Origin: a virus
IMG/VR virus record: IMGVR_UViG_3300009551_000007
Coordinates: 17,753 to 81,752 of that record
Length of the DNA stretch: 64,000 bases
Strand: one strand, 5' to 3'
A program made the position numbers and the translations under genes. The notes below the pieces were generated by a model. That model ran no database searches, had not been told where the DNA came from, and saw only the letters and a list, made by a program, of their open reading frames with translations. Below are positions 59,366-64,000 of this stretch, piece after piece; within the stretch, counting starts at the first letter, position 1, and each line of letters begins with the position of its first letter.

Positions 59366-59713
59366 ATGAGCAAGCCCCTAATCAACGCCGAGCGGTACGC
59401 CGACGCGGTGAAGCGCCGCAAGAAGGAACTCACCGCCAAGAACTTTCCGGTCGACCTTCACACGCCGGAAGGGATAGCCCTCTACGCGAAGCTGTGGGCG
59501 TTCGCCGGCCGCGCGGCTCGCTACCAGACCTACGACGCGAAGACCGACACCGTGCACTACTTCTTCGACGTCACAATGGGCAGCCCCACGGCACTGCTGA
59601 TCGCGACCGACTACGCTCAAGAGTGCGGCTATCTGGCGACCGCTTGCGAAATCGAAGATCGCTGGGGCGGCTCGCGGAAGTTCGTCGAGGTGAAGATCAC
59701 GCCCGCGAAGTGA
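59366..59713 (+). CDS. hypothetical protein
   Basis: GGAGA RBS; phage-like codon use. Confidence 0.5.
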   Translation: MSKPLINAERYADAVKRRKKELTAKNFPVDLHTPEGIALYAKLWAFAGRAARYQTYDAKTDTVHYFFDVTMGSPTALLIATDYAQECGYLATACEIEDRWGGSRKFVEVKITPAK

Positions 59714-60168
59714 CTCCCCCTGCTCCGCTCGTCTCGCCCGCGAGCGGTACGGGAGCAGCCATTCCGGCTCTCTAAGAAATGCATACCGATGCTGATTGCG
59801 GCGTTCGCTCTCGGCTTCGTTATCGGTCGGCTGTACTTCCACTAGGAGGAGATACCTGTGCTCGTGAGAATCGTCGTGCGGGTCTGCCCGCCGGAACAGT
59901 TAGACCAGATCAAATACGATCTGAAGATTTACGAACTGGCGGACGAAACGAGTCGCGAGCAGCGAGGTCTGATAGGCGAGTGGCGGAAGCCGACGCCGTA
60001 CCTGCTCTACTCCGTTCAGCAGTTCCAAAAGACTTGGGGCGAGCAAGTTGCCGCCCATGTCGAGGTGTATTAACCGGGGGATGATATGATCTTGTTAAAG
60101 CTACTCGTGATAATCGCGGTCTAAGGGCATACGGTCCGTACTGATTCGGAAAATTCCTAACGAGGGGG

Positions 60169-60196
60169 TAGCCGCTGGACCGATACCCCCTATAAT
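60169..60196 (+). promoter_or_regulatory. early sigma70-like promoter
   Basis: TAGCCG-16 nt-TATAAT; TACCCCCTATAATGGTAGG. Confidence 0.55.
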
Positions 60197-61153
60197 GGTA
60201 GGTAGACCGAACTAACCCGTAACGGAGACCGAACATGGTATTCATCGTCTGGACGCTCGAAGGTAAATCCCGCCATCTACTATCTTGTCATGCCACACTC
60301 GCCTCCGCGCTAACCTGCCTCAGGCTAGAGGCCGACGGCGGTAAGGTGAACGAAGACGCGAAGCCGGGTAGGATAGCCGGGGCCGGCTGGGGTATAATCC
60401 GGGCTACCGGCGAACGGGCCGACGGCGTTCGGTACGCGATCACCCAACACTCAGTGGAGAACTAGAGATGGTGAAGACGATAGTCAAATGCGCGAACACG
60501 GAGCTAGGCCTGTTAGTCAAGTCCACCCATCCTCTGGCGAAGCACCACGAGGTGAACGCAGTAACGGTGACGAGGGCGGGCGACAGGGTGAGTCTCGATG
60601 TGGACGGCGGCAAGCAACAGGTGACGGTCTATCTCTCCCAGAAGACCGCACTCTGGCTGGCCGTCTCCCTCCTGGGAGAGATAGGCATACCCGAAGTCGA
60701 GCCGGCACTCGCCAACGAAACTAGCGACCTCACTAAGGTGCTCAAGTTCCTCACCAAGCTGCGTGCGAAGGCGGTTCTCGGCGTCGAGAAGGAGGCGTGA
60801 AATGCTAATCACCGACATACAAAGATCGGTCAGTTATCAGGTTTGGTTCGCGGGCGTGAAAGTTTGGTCGACTGTTATATCAGTGAGACCGAAGAAGGGC
60901 ACAGTCAAAGTGAGGAGGTCTGATACCGGCGAATCTCGAATCGTCCCGTTCGTTCACTTCGCCGGGGCTTGTGATCCGAGGAAGGGCGAGGCAATGAGAC
61001 TGAAACAGAGACCGAACCGGAAGCCCTTGTCGTACCTGAACGACGATTACGAGACGCCCGAAGATGACGGGTGACCCTTCCTCCCTCGCCCGGTAGCGTG
61101 GGCGAGCGGGGAACGGCCAACCAATCCGGTCAGGCGTTCACGAGGAGCGAGCC

Positions 61154-61498
61154 ATGAAGAGTACGAAAGAGTCACCGTTCGACGTAATTGACCAAACCAG
61201 TCAGCGGTTCCGTGAGCGCGGAGGTCATTACCTGATCGTCGACACCGACATAGGCATACAGTCTCAAGCGATCAAGAGCCGGCGAAAGGATGAGTGGACG
61301 GTGTGGCCTCCTAACGGCGCGGCGGTCAAGTACCCGCCCGACTCGACGCCGGAATGGATTATCGAGCAGATGAAGAGATTTATCAAGCTCGCGATCATCG
61401 GGCTAATGGAGGACGTGCGGCAGGAGACCGAGCGGGAAGCGAAAATGCTTCTCGATACCATGCCGGTAAAAAACGCGCCGTTACCGAAATCCGTATAA
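61154..61498 (+). CDS. hypothetical protein
   Basis: AGGAGCGAGCC-ATG leader. Confidence 0.5.
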   Translation: MKSTKESPFDVIDQTSQRFRERGGHYLIVDTDIGIQSQAIKSRRKDEWTVWPPNGAAVKYPPDSTPEWIIEQMKRFIKLAIIGLMEDVRQETEREAKMLLDTMPVKNAPLPKSV

Positions 61499-61613
61499 CG
61501 TAGTTCGCCTACGGGTCATGCTCGTAGGTCGGTTTCCGAAATCGCAACCTCCTCGTGGTGGAAACTGGACGGGCACCTCGCCCGACTAATCGCGATACCT
61601 AAGGAGCAAGACC

Positions 61614-61970
61614 ATGGCCGATACGACTGCCCCCGCGACCGCTGTCCCGAAGACCACCGCATCCGCCAAGAAGCCGGTAGCTGCCCCACCGAAGCCCCCC
61701 GCGAAGCCCGAACAGCCGAAGCCGACCGAACCAGCCGCGACTACCGAGGGCAACGGTAAGGCCTGCCTGATCACCCGCACTCAGTTCCGTGAGAGTGCCC
61801 CGGCAGCCGTTCAGATCAATGACGTGATCAAGAAGAAGGAGTTCGCCACCGGCACGCTCGGCTACTACGGCCAGATCACCGTCGTGGTTACGGTCGACGG
61901 TGTGCCTATGAAACTCCGGGGCCAGGCCCAGTTGTTCGTCGACAACTCCAAGAACGCGGTCGAAGGGTAA
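61614..61970 (+). CDS. small protein with PAK-rich N-terminus, possibly nucleic-acid binding
   Basis: AAGGAGCAAGACC leader; KEFATGTLGYYGQ. Confidence 0.55.
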   Translation: MADTTAPATAVPKTTASAKKPVAAPPKPPAKPEQPKPTEPAATTEGNGKACLITRTQFRESAPAAVQINDVIKKKEFATGTLGYYGQITVVVTVDGVPMKLRGQAQLFVDNSKNAVEG

Positions 61971-62048
61971 CCGTCTCAGAGTCCGTCGAAGGCGCGGCCG
62001 AACCGTAGTACGCCGCGCCTCCTCTCGTTCCAATCTAAGGAGCTACAA

Positions 62049-63842
62049 GTGGTTAAGCCTGTTAAACTTCCGTCGGCACAAGACCTGGCAGATAGCGTCA
62101 CGCCCGAAGAAGTGGCGGAGTCGATTGCTCTGTCTGATCAAGGCGACGGTGACGAACAACTCCAAGCCGTTCCGGATTCGGTCACGGTCGAAACGCTGGT
62201 CGAGCGCGACGTGATCTACCCGGACTTCGTAGCCGTCCGGTGTAAGTACCCCAGCTACGAGGGCGCGACCGACTACGACGCGCCGCCGATCACCTACGAC
62301 CAGGCCATGGCGTTGCTCGGATGGACCGTCGAACAGAAGGGCGACGGCTGGGGCGGCTCCTACCTCCTGATCGACCGCGACAAGAACAAAGTCAGGTGTC
62401 TTAACAACACCGACAACCGAAAGCTGAGTTTGGCCTGGGCTGAGACACTGGCCCAAGACATCCTCCGTCTCAATTTCAAGCTCAACGGCGAGTCCATTAT
62501 CATCGGGCGAACCGGGCGCGTGATATCCGGCCAACACCGCCTGATCGGATTCATCCTGGCATGGCAGGACTGGTTCAAGAACCCGGACGCCTACCCGGAA
62601 TGGACTGCGGTCGGCGGGCCGGTACTCGAATGTCTGCTGGTGTACGGCGCGTCCGAAGCCGAAGACGTGGTGAGGACCATCGACAACGTGAAGCCCCGGA
62701 CCGTCACCGACATGTTTATGACCTCGCAGATGTTCAAGGTCGATTCGCGGGGGAACGCGATCAGTACCGCCGACCGCGAGAAGATGGCTGGGATGACGGC
62801 TGCTGCGGTGATGATGCTTTGGGAGCGGACGCGAGCCAAGGAGAACGCCTGGAACCTAAAGATGTATCGGAGCAACTCCGAGTCGATGGAGTTCTTCCTC
62901 CGTCACCGCCGACTGGAGGAAGCCATTGGGCACATCTTCATCGAGAACGCCGGCAAGAAGACCCTAGCCAAGTTCTTCAAGCCGCTAGGTGCTGCCGCCG
63001 GAATGATGTACCTCATGGCGGCGTGCCGGAGTGATCTTAAGGCGTACAAGGCAGACGCGGAACTCCGCGAGGCTAACCTCAACTTCGACGCCTGGGACGA
63101 CGCACAGGACTTCTGGGTGCTGCTCGCCGCCGGTGACCCGGAGTTCGCCCCGGTGGTTGACGCCTTCAATTCGATTCCCGGTTACCACGACTTCGGCACT
63201 GGCGGAGTGGACGAGTACATCTCGGTCCTGGCGAAGGCGTGGCTGCTCTACCTCCAAGGCCAAAAGTTCAAGAAGGACGACCCGCGCCTGGTATGCCAGT
63301 ACCGCGAAGACCCCAATAACGAGTCAAACAAGATTCTCGACGAGTGGCCGACGGTCGGTGGCGTCGATCTGGGGCCGGAAGGAACCGGCACGACAGTCAC
63401 CGACGCCGACGATGATGAATCGACAATGTCTCCCGACCAGATCGCGGAGAAGATCAAGCGTGAAGAAATGGAGGCGCAAGGGCTTGTTTACGACGAGCGG
63501 GACGCCAGTGCGCCGCCCGAACCGCCGAAGAAGACCGGGCCGAAGCCAGCGGCGACGATCAGCCCACCGCCCTTGGTCCCGCCTGCGGTGAAGGCGACGG
63601 TGGCGGCATCCAAGCCCGTCGGAAAAGCCCCGGTCAAAGCGACGTTCGAGATGTCGGACGAAGACAAGAAGATTCTCGAACAGCGTAAGGTTTCGACGCC
63701 CGCCGGACCGTCGAAAGAACAGCCCAAGACGGTGAAGCCGAAACCGACGCCCGGTGCTAAGCCGCCGGCAGCTAAGCCTACCGAGGTTAAACCCAACGGT
63801 AAGAAGCCTGCTGCGAAACCGAAAGTGGCCAAGAAGAAGTAG
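62049..63842 (+). CDS. ParB/Srx-like domain protein with Lys/Pro-rich tail
   Basis: NR.LS...LNGESIII...SGQHRL...TIDN..PRT..D; histone-like C-terminus. Confidence 0.6.
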   Translation: MVKPVKLPSAQDLADSVTPEEVAESIALSDQGDGDEQLQAVPDSVTVETLVERDVIYPDFVAVRCKYPSYEGATDYDAPPITYDQAMALLGWTVEQKGDGWGGSYLLIDRDKNKVRCLNNTDNRKLSLAWAETLAQDILRLNFKLNGESIIIGRTGRVISGQHRLIGFILAWQDWFKNPDAYPEWTAVGGPVLECLLVYGASEAEDVVRTIDNVKPRTVTDMFMTSQMFKVDSRGNAISTADREKMAGMTAAAVMMLWERTRAKENAWNLKMYRSNSESMEFFLRHRRLEEAIGHIFIENAGKKTLAKFFKPLGAAAGMMYLMAACRSDLKAYKADAELREANLNFDAWDDAQDFWVLLAAGDPEFAPVVDAFNSIPGYHDFGTGGVDEYISVLAKAWLLYLQGQKFKKDDPRLVCQYREDPNNESNKILDEWPTVGGVDLGPEGTGTTVTDADDDESTMSPDQIAEKIKREEMEAQGLVYDERDASAPPEPPKKTGPKPAATISPPPLVPPAVKATVAASKPVGKAPVKATFEMSDEDKKILEQRKVSTPAGPSKEQPKTVKPKPTPGAKPPAAKPTEVKPNGKKPAAKPKVAKKK

Positions 63843-64000
63843 ACTTTAACGAGTCGCCTATCGGCCCCCCCTTAAACGGGGGGGGGGTCTACCCATTTCT
63901 TAACAGGAGACCGAACGTGAGTGAGACCGAACCGAAAACCAACGACACGCCGGCCGGTATCCCCGTAGCCGAGCAGTCACACGTCACTACGCCCGCGACC

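Noticed and set aside
1-64000. Genome-wide stop-codon reassignment (TAG or TGA as sense)
   Set aside because: Long conserved genes translate intact under code 11 and end at sensible positions with all three stops; only one clear internal TGA was seen
1-64000. Prophage status
   Set aside because: No integrase, att site, clear repressor or host genes in the window, so lifestyle cannot be determined

Overview
The window is about 64 kb of a tailed dsDNA phage genome, GC-rich and almost fully coding, with no integrase or host genes visible. Several proteins carry Planctomycete (Gemmataceae-like) signatures, so that is the inferred host group. Minus strand 1-55.5 kb: head-completion genes, a membrane/peptidase cassette, major capsid protein, DUF2213-type protease-scaffold, MuF fused to an ADP-ribosyltransferase toxin, a frameshifted portal, class II RNR, terminases, three DNA methyltransferases, primase-helicase, a thymidine hypermodification cluster (dUMP hydroxymethylase, 5-hmdU DNA kinase, amino acid:DNA transferase, PLP enzyme, radical SAM), DNA polymerase A and recombination/repair genes. 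Plus strand 55.6-64 kb: early genes behind repeated sigma70-like promoters. Five observations stand out. (1) An intein splits the radical SAM CxxxCxxC motif, and its endonuclease is encoded in a different, overlapping reading frame. (2) A ~640-nt array of structured RNAs includes a CUA-anticodon (amber suppressor) tRNA and a tRNA-like RNA with an expanded anticodon arm. (3) Many TAG-terminated genes would, on read-through, fuse in frame with the next gene or end at an ATGA overlap with it. (4) An N-terminal MPKPVH peptide is shared by several proteins and encoded with different codons. (5) Single lesions occur in the portal (+1 frameshift) and the radical SAM gene (in-frame TGA). All protein calls come from motif recognition by eye, not database searches.
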